The position numbers and the translations under genes were made by a program. A stretch of DNA of 64,000 bases from Candidatus Omnitrophota bacterium (lineage in GTDB: Bacteria; Omnitrophota; Omnitrophia; Omnitrophales; Aquincolibacteriaceae). The number at the start of each line of letters is the position of its first letter. Positions within the stretch are counted from its first letter, which is position 1. Shown here one piece after another: positions 1-8,178 of this stretch. Below the pieces are notes generated by a model. The model was not told the origin of the DNA. It did not search any database and was given only the letters and a program-made list of their open reading frames with translations. The stretch lies in the NCBI GenBank assembly GCA_023247035.1, contig JAHFHG010000005.1, positions 7,515-71,514 of the forward strand. The letters run 5' to 3'.

Positions 1-44
1 AGCGGCTGCTTTCTTAATTTGAAATTTAAAAAGGGAGCGCCGAC

Positions 45-83
45 TTGCGAGCTTATCTTGCGAGCTCATCTTGCGAGCTCATC
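45..83. repeat. 13-nt tandem repeat x3 (TTGCGAGCT[C/T]ATC)
   Basis: Read directly: ttgcgagcttatc / ttgcgagctcatc / ttgcgagctcatc, head to tail, downstream of accA. Confidence 0.6.
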
Positions 84-305
84 CGCCGGTTTCTATAAGG
101 AGCTCCGCCGTGTAAGTGAGGTTGCGCTGTTAGAACTCTCGAGAAGAAAGCTTGAAAAAAATCTTTAAAGGAAAGAGGGTCTTTAAGAAATTCCTGCGGC
201 TGATGAAAGAAAACTTAACGACGAAGCCTGCAAGGGATCTAAGAAATAGAGCCGCGCGGCAACCTGAGCGGCCGGCGCCCGCTCTCGCCTGCCGATTATC
301 CCCTT

Positions 306-1346
306 TTACTTTTTTGAGGCAAATATCCCCATCTTTTTAAACTTCTGATACCTTTGTTCAGGCAATTCTTTGCGCGGAATTGCTTTCAACTCAGCGAGGG
401 CCTGGCCAACAAACTTTCGCACGTTCTCGGCCGTTTTTTCAAAATCCCGATGGGCGCCGCCTAAGGGTTCGGGGATGATTCCGTCGATGACGTTCAACTC
501 GAGCAAGTCCTGAGCCGTCAACTTGAGCGCTTTGGCCGCATCAGGAGCCCGGCTGGTCTCCTTCCACAAAATCGCGGCGCAGCCTTCCGGAGAGATGACG
601 GAATAATAGGCGTTTTCAAGCACATAAATTCTGTCTCCCACAGCAATGCCTAAGGCCCCCCCGCTTCCCCCTTCCCCAATGATAATCACGACGATAGGCA
701 CTGTTAGTCCGGCCATTTCACGCAAATTATAGGCAATCGCTGCGGCCTGGCCTCTTTCTTCGGCTCCAATGCCGGGATACGCGCCCGGCGTATCCACAAA
801 ACAAAGAATAGGATGCCCGAATTTTTCCGCCAGCTGCATGATCCGGATCGCCTTCCGGTAGCCTTCCGGATGGGCGCTTCCAAAACTCCGGAGAAGATTT
901 TCTTTGGTGTCTCTTCCTTTTTGATGCCCGATAATGCAGACGTTTTCTTTCCCGCCCCAGCGCGCAAACCCGCAAACGATCGCCTTGTCATCGCTAAAGT
1001 GGCGGTCTCCGTGGAGTTCCATGAAATCCTCCGTAAGATACCGGACATAATCCAAAGTATACGGCCTGAGAGGATGGCGGGCGACTTGAACGCGCTGCCA
1101 GGGAGTCAGGTTATCGAAAATTTCTTTTAAGGCCTTCTCCAGTTTTTTTTCAGCGCTTTTAATCTCACCGCTTAGGTCGATCCCTTCACTGCCGGCCGCT
1201 CTCAACTCGTTGATCTTTTTTTCCAGTTCAATGACAGGGCGCTCAAAGGCAAGGCAGGTTTCCCAAATTTCCCTCGTGCCTAAACGGATTTTCTCTTTTT
1301 TGGTTTCAGCCATTTCTTCCGCCTTCTTGTGTTTTGAATTTTTCAA
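306..1346 (-). CDS. accA: acetyl-CoA carboxylase carboxyltransferase alpha subunit
   Basis: 346 aa; conserved AccA core (FGSAHPEGYRKA, VVIIIGEGGSGGALG); full-length. Confidence 0.9.
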   Translation of the reverse strand: MKNSKHKKAEEMAETKKEKIRLGTREIWETCLAFERPVIELEKKINELRAAGSEGIDLSGEIKSAEKKLEKALKEIFDNLTPWQRVQVARHPLRPYTLDYVRYLTEDFMELHGDRHFSDDKAIVCGFARWGGKENVCIIGHQKGRDTKENLLRSFGSAHPEGYRKAIRIMQLAEKFGHPILCFVDTPGAYPGIGAEERGQAAAIAYNLREMAGLTVPIVVIIIGEGGSGGALGIAVGDRIYVLENAYYSVISPEGCAAILWKETSRAPDAAKALKLTAQDLLELNVIDGIIPEPLGGAHRDFEKTAENVRKFVGQALAELKAIPRKELPEQRYQKFKKMGIFASKK

Positions 1347-1349
1347 TGC

Positions 1350-2165
1350 TCACTTGGCAATCGTTACTTCCGTGTCTAAAGGAAGAAGGGAATAAAGCTC
1401 TTCAACATCTTCATTCAGCATTCGTATGCAGCCCAGAGAAACGTGCTTGCCGATGGATTCGGGTTCGAGGGTCCCGTGGATGCCGTATCCCTTAAGGTCA
1501 AAGCCCAGCCACCGGCTACCCAGCGAATTATCCGGGCTGCCGGAAGGCACAACGGCTCCAGTCCTATACCAAGTAGGCTGTTCGATCTTGTTGACGATTT
1601 TAAAAGTCCCCTCCGGCGTTTTATCTTCCGCTCCGGTCGCCACCCGGTAGCGCTTGACCGGCTTGCCGTCAATCAACAGGAATAACCGATTGCGCGATTT
1701 ATCGATCTGTAATGTAAAAACCCCCTGCACGATCTTCAACTTCATTCCCGGATATAACCAATCGGTTTTCAGGCCATTATTCCCTTTTATCAGGTCCGTT
1801 GTAGTGCCGTACTTCCTGGCCAACTCGTAAAGCGTATCCCCTTCCGCGACCGTGTAATCCAGTTCCTTGGCGTGTTTCGCCTTGGACAGAAGGAGTTTGA
1901 TTTTAAGGATTTCGTAATCTTTCCGTATTTCTTCAATCCCGTCCGGAGACGGCTTGGTTTGGTTTTTTTTAAGGATTCTTTCGTATATTTTTATAGCCTT
2001 TTGATACCTTCCCCGCTTTTGGAGATCCTTAGCCTTTTCAACAAGGGAGACGGGCTTTGCCTCAGGGGCATTGGCCGCAGCGCACAGGAGCGCCGTTAAA
2101 ATAACCGCCGCGCATCCCAAAAAAAACTTTTCGGCTCCTCCGGCCTTCATGAACGGCCTCCGCAA
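1350..2165 (-). CDS. L,D-transpeptidase (YkuD-type) with LysM domain and N-terminal signal peptide
   Basis: LysM segment (GDTLYELARKYGTT...LYPGMKLKI) followed by YkuD catalytic motif HGT...SLGCIRM. Confidence 0.7.
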   Translation of the reverse strand: MRRPFMKAGGAEKFFLGCAAVILTALLCAAANAPEAKPVSLVEKAKDLQKRGRYQKAIKIYERILKKNQTKPSPDGIEEIRKDYEILKIKLLLSKAKHAKELDYTVAEGDTLYELARKYGTTTDLIKGNNGLKTDWLYPGMKLKIVQGVFTLQIDKSRNRLFLLIDGKPVKRYRVATGAEDKTPEGTFKIVNKIEQPTWYRTGAVVPSGSPDNSLGSRWLGFDLKGYGIHGTLEPESIGKHVSLGCIRMLNEDVEELYSLLPLDTEVTIAK

Positions 2166-2608
2166 AATAAATAAGCCATCAGAATGCCTAAAAAAGCCCC
2201 CGCGAATACTTCAACCGGAGTATGCCCGAACAACTCTTTAAGGCGCTGCTCAGGGACCTGGCGTTTTGCATAGAGTTCGTCCAGGATCTTGTTCAAAATG
2301 GAGGCTTGACGGCCGACGTTGCGCCTCACTCCCGCGGCATCGAACATCGTGATGATTGAAAAAATGAGGACAATCAAAAAAATAACCGAGTTAAATCCAT
2401 AATAAAGGCCGGTAACCGTCGCCAAGCTGGCAACCGTCGCGGAATGGGCGCTAGGCATTCCCCCGGTATTAAAGAGCCAGCGCACGTTTATCCGTTTTTC
2501 CCGCAGCCCTCCCCGGATAAGTTTGATGATCTGAGCGACAAGCCAACTCAGAAAAACAGCCGAAAAAGCGCGCTCCTCTGAAAAGGGGGAGGACAAAGGG
2601 GTTAGCAA
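2147..2608 (-). CDS. divergent PAP2 / YuiD-family membrane protein (acid phosphatase/vanadium-haloperoxidase related, DUF212)
   Basis: GGMPSAHSA signature of YuiD/DUF212, several TM segments. Confidence 0.6.
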   Translation of the reverse strand: MLTPLSSPFSEERAFSAVFLSWLVAQIIKLIRGGLREKRINVRWLFNTGGMPSAHSATVASLATVTGLYYGFNSVIFLIVLIFSIITMFDAAGVRRNVGRQASILNKILDELYAKRQVPEQRLKELFGHTPVEVFAGAFLGILMAYLFCGGRS

Positions 2609-2759
2609 GTTATTGTTCTAGCGTACTTGAATGGATTGTGAGATGAGTTTGACAAAGGCGGAGTATTATGATTAAATTAGATAATATTTATTAATTTAAT
2701 ATATATCACCTATCGTGAAGGCATTATAAAAACCGTTTTTTCAAAAAGCAAGGTTTTTA
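2609..2759. promoter_or_regulatory. AT-rich divergent promoter region between yuiD-like (-) and yifB/comM (+)
   Basis: 150-nt AT-rich spacer between divergently oriented genes; no coding capacity. Confidence 0.35.
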
Positions 2760-4286
2760 ATGATCTCTACTGTTAAAAGCGCGGCTTGTTTAGGAATCCA
2801 CGCGTATCCTGTCCAAATAGAAGTCGATGTGGCCAGTGGTTTGCCTCAGTTTATCGTGGTTGGACTCCCTGATTTAAGCGTCAAAGAATCCCGCGAAAGG
2901 GTCCGGTCGGCTATAAAAAACAGCGGCTTCCCTTTTCCGGTGGACAAAATCACCATCAATTTGGCGCCGGCTGACATTAAAAAAGAAGGCGCGGCCTTTG
3001 ATCTTCCTATGGCGCTGGGTATTTTAGCCGCTCAGGGAATCATCCCGGCGGAAAAAATGCAGCCGCATACCTTCCTTGGTGAGCTTGCCCTAGACGGTTC
3101 ACTGCGCCCGTTTAAGGGAGCCATTGTGATTGCCTCCAGCTTAAAAACAGACTCCCAATCTCTTGTCCTGCCTTTGGAGAATGCCGAGGAAACCTCTTTA
3201 GAAAAAAATGTTTCTGTCTACCCGGCTCAGAACTTGCAGGAAGTCGTGCAGTTTCTGAACGGAGAAAAAACAATCTCTCCGGTCACGCATGAAGCGGTCA
3301 TTCATTCAAAATTGTCCGGCCAAGATTCGGTTGATTTCGCGGAGGTCAAAGGACAGCCTTTTGCAAAGCGAGCGATCGAGATTGCCGTTGCCGGAGGCCA
3401 CAACCTTCTGTTGATCGGTCCTCCCGGATCGGGAAAAAGCATGCTCAGCAGGCGGATCCCTACGATTTTGCCGCCGCTGGCGTTTGAAGAGGCGCTTGAA
3501 ATCACAAAAATTTACAGCGTGGCCGGACTCATCAATGGGCAAAACCTCATCTGCCAACGGCCGTTTCGCGCACCGCACCACTCCATCTCAGCCGTAGGCT
3601 TGGCCGGAGGAGGGAGCTGCCCGAAACCCGGAGAAATTTCCCTTGCTCACCGGGGCGTGCTTTTCCTCGATGAATTTCCAGAATTCCGCCGGGACGTCCT
3701 AGAAAGCCTGCGCAGCCCTATCGAGGAAGGCGAAATCACCATTTCAAGGTCCCGCTTTCAAATCACTTACCCTTCTTGTTTCCTGCTCGTCGCTGCAATG
3801 AATCCGTGTATGTGCGGGTATCTGAGCGATCCGAGAAAAAGCTGCCGGTGTTCTCTTGGGCAGATCCAGCGGTACCAATCCAAGGTCTCCGGGCCGATCC
3901 TGGACCGCATTGATCTTCACGTCGAGGTGCCGGCTCTCTCCTTTCAAGCCTTAACAAGCGACCTGCCCGAAGAATCTTCAGAAGACATCCGGAACCGGAT
4001 CATCCAATGCCGCGGCCGGCAAAACGAAAGGGGCCAAGGCCGTCCTTTTAAAGTCAACGCCTTGATGCGCGCAAAAGATATCCGTGAATTTGCAATGCCC
4101 GATCCGGAAGGAAGAAAGATGATCGAGATGGCTATGAAGGAGCTCCGACTTTCGGCGCGGGCCTATTACAAAATCCTAAAAATCGCCAGAACAATTGCCG
4201 ATTTGGCTGGTGAAGAAACCCTCTCAAGCGAGCACATTGCTGAGGCCATTCAATATAGAAGCCTAGACCGGCAGTGGTGGAGATAA
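2760..4286 (+). CDS. comM: YifB/ComM family Mg-chelatase-like AAA+ ATPase
   Basis: 508 aa; N-terminal Lon-like domain, Walker A LLIGPPGSGKSML, C-terminal ChlI-like region. Confidence 0.85.
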   Translation: MISTVKSAACLGIHAYPVQIEVDVASGLPQFIVVGLPDLSVKESRERVRSAIKNSGFPFPVDKITINLAPADIKKEGAAFDLPMALGILAAQGIIPAEKMQPHTFLGELALDGSLRPFKGAIVIASSLKTDSQSLVLPLENAEETSLEKNVSVYPAQNLQEVVQFLNGEKTISPVTHEAVIHSKLSGQDSVDFAEVKGQPFAKRAIEIAVAGGHNLLLIGPPGSGKSMLSRRIPTILPPLAFEEALEITKIYSVAGLINGQNLICQRPFRAPHHSISAVGLAGGGSCPKPGEISLAHRGVLFLDEFPEFRRDVLESLRSPIEEGEITISRSRFQITYPSCFLLVAAMNPCMCGYLSDPRKSCRCSLGQIQRYQSKVSGPILDRIDLHVEVPALSFQALTSDLPEESSEDIRNRIIQCRGRQNERGQGRPFKVNALMRAKDIREFAMPDPEGRKMIEMAMKELRLSARAYYKILKIARTIADLAGEETLSSEHIAEAIQYRSLDRQWWR

Positions 4287-4482
4287 GAAGGAACAGAAAA
4301 AGGGTAAAGATAAATTTAGAGACGTTGATTCAGAAATGGAACGGAAAACGGAAATACGAGACTCAGCGCCAAGTCGTTCTGGAGGCCATTGAAAGGATTG
4401 CCGGATCCGCCTCAAATTCAAAAAGCCGGTCGGTTTCACCCGCGCTAAGCAAAGCCGACGTTTGCGGGATCCAGCCCCGGAA

Positions 4483-4854
4483 CTAAGCGGCCTTAATCAG
4501 GCTGCGGATCGCTTGGATAAGCTTTTCGGATTCAAAGGGTTTTCCGTGCAAGGCGTAGTTCCGTCCGGCTGTAACAGGGATGGGGGGCCGGTCCTGCACA
4601 AGCGCGGACAGAAAGATCACCGGAACGGAACGGTCTAAGAGGCCCTCGGCAAGCAGTTCATCGTAGACAAGCGGGCCGTTTTTATCGCCCAGCATAATAT
4701 CTAAAATAATAAGGTCGGGCTTTTCAGAAAAGGCGCGCATTCTAAACTCCTCTTCATTACAAGCGGTGAAGACCTCAAAACCTTCGGACGTCAGCTCAAA
4801 TTTGAGCAACTCGAGGAATTGAACTTCATCATCGACCAATAGGATTTTTGCCAT
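4483..4854 (-). CDS. stand-alone response-regulator receiver (CheY-like REC) protein
   Basis: 123 aa; LLVDDE, phospho-acceptor context DLIILDIML, conserved KPF; no output domain and no adjacent histidine kinase. Confidence 0.75.
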   Translation of the reverse strand: MAKILLVDDEVQFLELLKFELTSEGFEVFTACNEEEFRMRAFSEKPDLIILDIMLGDKNGPLVYDELLAEGLLDRSVPVIFLSALVQDRPPIPVTAGRNYALHGKPFESEKLIQAIRSLIKAA

Positions 4855-4963
4855 TAAAGCCTCCCCCCTACGGTGGTTCTGATATAAATTTTAATACAAA
4901 ATGCGGTTTTTAAAATTAGCAAATTCTAACATTCCTTGTGTCTGATCAATCCACCGCCCAAAA

Positions 4964-5521
4964 TCACCTCTTCGAAAGACGTCCCGGGTCCGAGTGTTTT
5001 AAAATCCAGACCCCAAGCCATCCTCCCAATATTCCGATAAAAGCTCCCGCGGCCACATCCGAAGGGTAATGGACTCCTATAAAAATCCTGGAAATTGCGA
5101 CGATGAAAGCCGCCGGATAAACAAACCGGGCCGCCCGGCCATAAAAGAAATGCAGCAGTACGGCTGCGGCAAAGGCTGCGGCCGAATGCCCGGAGGGGAA
5201 GGAGTAGGTATCCGGACGGGCAAAGAGTGTCCGGATCACGATTTCAGGCGGAAAAAAATCATAAGGCCTGGGCCGCATAAAGGCAAGTTTGAGCCCGCCG
5301 GCGAATAAATAGACTATCGTCACGACAAGGGCGAAAGCAAGATAGTCCTTCATCCATCCCTTTTGCCTGGAAATCCACATCACGCAAAATACGACGCCCA
5401 GCAAAACTTCAAGCCGCCCCAATACCGTAGGCCAGCCCAATAAATAATTGAGCCACTCTCGATCGTTGAATCTGTTCATCCACAGGAATAATCGATGATC
5501 CAGGTCAAAAATCCAGTTCAT
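4964..5521 (-). CDS. PAP2-family membrane phosphatase (undecaprenyl-/lipid-phosphate phosphatase-like)
   Basis: PSGHS...GVHYPSDV PAP2 motifs; ORF in track extends to 5599 but the start is probably the internal Met at 5521. Confidence 0.65.
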   Translation of the reverse strand: MNWIFDLDHRLFLWMNRFNDREWLNYLLGWPTVLGRLEVLLGVVFCVMWISRQKGWMKDYLAFALVVTIVYLFAGGLKLAFMRPRPYDFFPPEIVIRTLFARPDTYSFPSGHSAAAFAAAVLLHFFYGRAARFVYPAAFIVAISRIFIGVHYPSDVAAGAFIGILGGWLGVWILKHSDPGRLSKR

Positions 5522-5544
5522 GCGCCTCGCAAAGGAAATCGAAT

Positions 5545-6585
5545 TTACTTGGTGGCAATAAGCATCCAGGCCTTTGGACGAATGAGAATGCGCGGCCAAA
5601 AAGTGATTTTTTGGATGAACTGATAAAGAAATTTTTGAGCCCGCGCCCAGCGGGCGAAGCTTAATTTAGAGGAGGAATGGATCCCCCTTTTTTCTTTGCG
5701 GTCGATATAGTCATCGATAAAAGAAAACAAATGAATCTTCACTTTCCGGAATCCGCCCTGCCGCGCTCTCTTTTCCCACTGCGGAATCGTATAGGCGTTC
5801 TCATTGAATCCCTCGTGAATCGCTTCCTGCAGGGCCTTGCCGGATTTATCTTCAAAAACTCCGAAGGCGCATTCGTGGAGCGCGACCACCCTCCCGTTCG
5901 GACGGAGGACGCGGCGGAATTCATGAAAGAGTTTGGACAAATCTTTGCAGTGATGAATGACGGAGTGGGAAAAAATAATGTCGAAGCTTTCGTCCTTAAA
6001 AGGAAGCGCGCTCATGTCCGCGCTGAGCCGATCGAAATAGCTTCCGTCTTGCTCAAAATAAAGGTCGGCCGTGATCAAATAATCCGTCACATCTAGGGCC
6101 ACGACCTCGCAGCCGCGCTGGGCCATACGCCAGGAAGCCCAGCCGAAACTTGCGCCGACCTCCAGGACTTTCTCCCGGCCCGTCAATCGGAGGAGTTCCA
6201 AGGTTTCAAAAAACCGCCGGGCATTGCCTGCTTGATTTTCAAAGCTCCCGCCGGGCTGGAAGTAACGGCTCCCGTCGCCCGTGGGCAATTGAAGGAAAAG
6301 ATCTTTAAATTGCGTGATGGTCTGGCGGTTGATCGAATATTTTTCCCCGCTTTCTGTGGTAAGGTAGCCGAAAGATTCGGCGTGGTCCTTTTCGTGGGCC
6401 ACTTCCTCGGGCAATATGCCGAGCGCGTTCAATATTCCGTTCTCAATCTTGTAAATTCTCCGGCAAAAGCTGCACTCCAGAATGCCTTCCCGGATTTCGC
6501 GCTCATCTTCAAGCGTCACGGTAAGATTCCACTCGGACTGCCGGCAATCCAAACAGCGGAGAAATGCCAAAAGGTCTCTTCTCAT
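5545..6585 (-). CDS. class I SAM-dependent methyltransferase with N-terminal Trm112-like zinc ribbon
   Basis: N-terminal C-x2-C ... C-x2-C ribbon (CLDC...CSFC, ...ENGILNAL) fused to a Methyltransf_11-like domain (VLEVGASFGW...ALD); overlaps the upstream JAMM gene by 4 nt. Confidence 0.65.
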   Translation of the reverse strand: MRRDLLAFLRCLDCRQSEWNLTVTLEDEREIREGILECSFCRRIYKIENGILNALGILPEEVAHEKDHAESFGYLTTESGEKYSINRQTITQFKDLFLQLPTGDGSRYFQPGGSFENQAGNARRFFETLELLRLTGREKVLEVGASFGWASWRMAQRGCEVVALDVTDYLITADLYFEQDGSYFDRLSADMSALPFKDESFDIIFSHSVIHHCKDLSKLFHEFRRVLRPNGRVVALHECAFGVFEDKSGKALQEAIHEGFNENAYTIPQWEKRARQGGFRKVKIHLFSFIDDYIDRKEKRGIHSSSKLSFARWARAQKFLYQFIQKITFWPRILIRPKAWMLIATK

Positions 6586-7040
6586 AAGACAAAATCCTTT
6601 TTACCCGGCTCCCAGTAAAAAAGATTAGACCCGTGCGCTTTTCCCTGGATCACGGAGACAACCAAATAATCGACGCCCGGGTAAGCGGGCTCTCCTTCAC
6701 AAAGGGCAATGCGCCGGTCTTCCTCTGAAAAATAAGCGCCGGCGTCGATGTGCGAATGATAAATCACGCGGATCCTTTCCTTTTTTCCGCGCATCTCCTT
6801 CTGGATCGCCAATAATTCCTTGGGCTCCATGAAATAAGCGGAGGCGGCCGTCCTCGGAAAATTCACGGGATCTTTTTGATGATATTCATTTTGGACGTTT
6901 CTGCAAGGCCGGAGGCGCGAAAATTTTTCCGGATTCCCTGCCGCGGTTAAGATCAAGCCGCAGCATTCGTTGGGGTATTCGCGTTCGGCCTGCTGAAAAA
7001 TCGGCGTTAAGAATTTTTGAGGAATCGCTAAACGCTTCAT
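6582..7040 (-). CDS. JAMM/MPN metalloprotease, Mec+ (CysO-cysteine peptidase)-like
   Basis: Perfect JAMM motif E...HSH-x7-S-x2-D (HSHIDAGAYFSEED). Track ORF extends to 7205, but its 5' part overlaps the cysM remnant; the likely start is Met56 (MKRLAIPQ). Confidence 0.7.
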   Translation of the reverse strand: MKRLAIPQKFLTPIFQQAEREYPNECCGLILTAAGNPEKFSRLRPCRNVQNEYHQKDPVNFPRTAASAYFMEPKELLAIQKEMRGKKERIRVIYHSHIDAGAYFSEEDRRIALCEGEPAYPGVDYLVVSVIQGKAHGSNLFYWEPGKKDFVL

Positions 7041-7780
7041 TTCATCCACAACTGCGCGCTCAGATACTTGTCTCCGCCGTCCGGGAAAACAATCACGGCA
7101 ACTCCCTCGTCTAAGTTTTTCAGGGCCTGGAAAACCCCGTGGAGCGCTGCCCCCGAGGACGGGCCGACAAGCCATCCTTCTTTGGCCGCGAGTTCGCGCG
7201 TCCATTCGTAGGCCGGCTCGGTCGGAACGGTGACTTTCTCGTCATGAACCGCAGGGTCATAAATCCGCACCGGAACCGAGGAATCCATATTCTTCAGGCC
7301 TTCGATGCCGTGGAATGATTCCGGCTGGACCGCGATGATTTTTATATTTTTGTTTTTTTCTTTCAAAAAACGGCCGGCCCCCATCAGCGCGCCCAGTCAG
7401 AGCCTTTCAAGGGATCGGTATAAATGATCCTTGCCCCGTAAGCCTCAAGGATCATTTTGCGCTCGTAGCTTACATTTTTGGGCGCGACCAATTCAACAGG
7501 AAAAACCATGGCCGCTCCGATCATCGCGTAAGCAGTGCCGGTATTGCCCGAGGTGGAATCCATTAAGGTCTGCCTTTTCCGAAAGACTCCGGAACTCAAT
7601 CCCTCGCGGATCATCCGGTAAGCAGGCCGGGATTGAACCGCTCGGCTTTCGCGTAGATCTCAAGCCTTGGCGAGATTTCCTTCAGAATCCGGCTCAAGCG
7701 CAAAAGCGGCGTGCCGCCGATATGATCCAGCACGGAAAATTTCTTTTCAGCCGTAATCGAAGCGCGCATACCGCATTTTA
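7037..7780 (-). pseudogene. cysM: cysteine synthase (CysM/CysK family) pseudogene: two internal deletions and frame changes
   Basis: Three consecutive ORF pieces in different frames (7617-7780 N-term ...AKAERFNPG; 7384-7614 PAYRMIREGL...TSGNTG...; 7037-7384 GAGRFLK...C-term). The PLP-lysine segment (G-S-[IV]-K-D-R) between NPG and PAYRMI is missing and the reading frame shifts there. About 55 aa is missing between GSDWAR and GAGRF. Confidence 0.7.
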
Positions 7781-8178
7781 CCTAAATGAAGGCTGATTGT
7801 TAATGCCTATCTGACGGAAAGCCCGGGCCATTTTTCCCGGCGGCGGGAGAACCTTTTAGACGAATTAAGACGAACGGCGCCTTATTTGAGCATCATCCGC
7901 TTGAGCGTTTTCATTTTGAGGCGTTTTTGCGGCGGGAAAGCCGAAAAAATTTATTAAACGATTCGGCAGATTTCGTTCTATTAAAGAGTTCGAAACAATA
8001 TCCTTTTCAAGCTACGACGCGAATGAAAGACAACCGGTATATTGAAAAAAGAACATAAAGATCGCGAAAAAATCCATATTTGCCGGCTCCATATCGACCG
8101 GGAGAAGGCAGCATCAAAGGGTTTGTTTCAAAAATTAGTAATGCGGCTTCCGAATGAGTAAGATTATTTCGAAGCGGA

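Noticed and set aside
152-340. 62-aa plus-strand ORF at window start
   Set aside because: Overlaps the accA 3' end on the opposite strand; basic low-complexity; likely noise.
4274-4486. 70-aa ORF overlapping the yifB stop
   Set aside because: Lys/Arg-rich and no convincing RBS or domain. It could be a small RHH-like protein but cannot be supported from sequence alone.
6582-7205. Full 207-aa JAMM ORF as given in the track
   Set aside because: The first 55 codons are Arg-rich and overlap the cysM remnant. The real start is more likely the internal Met at 7040.
7781-8178. Possible SAM or other riboswitch upstream of the decayed cysM
   Set aside because: The spacer contains GGCCCGGG-type segments but lacks recognisable SAM-I/II core motifs. 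It cannot be supported without a covariance-model search.
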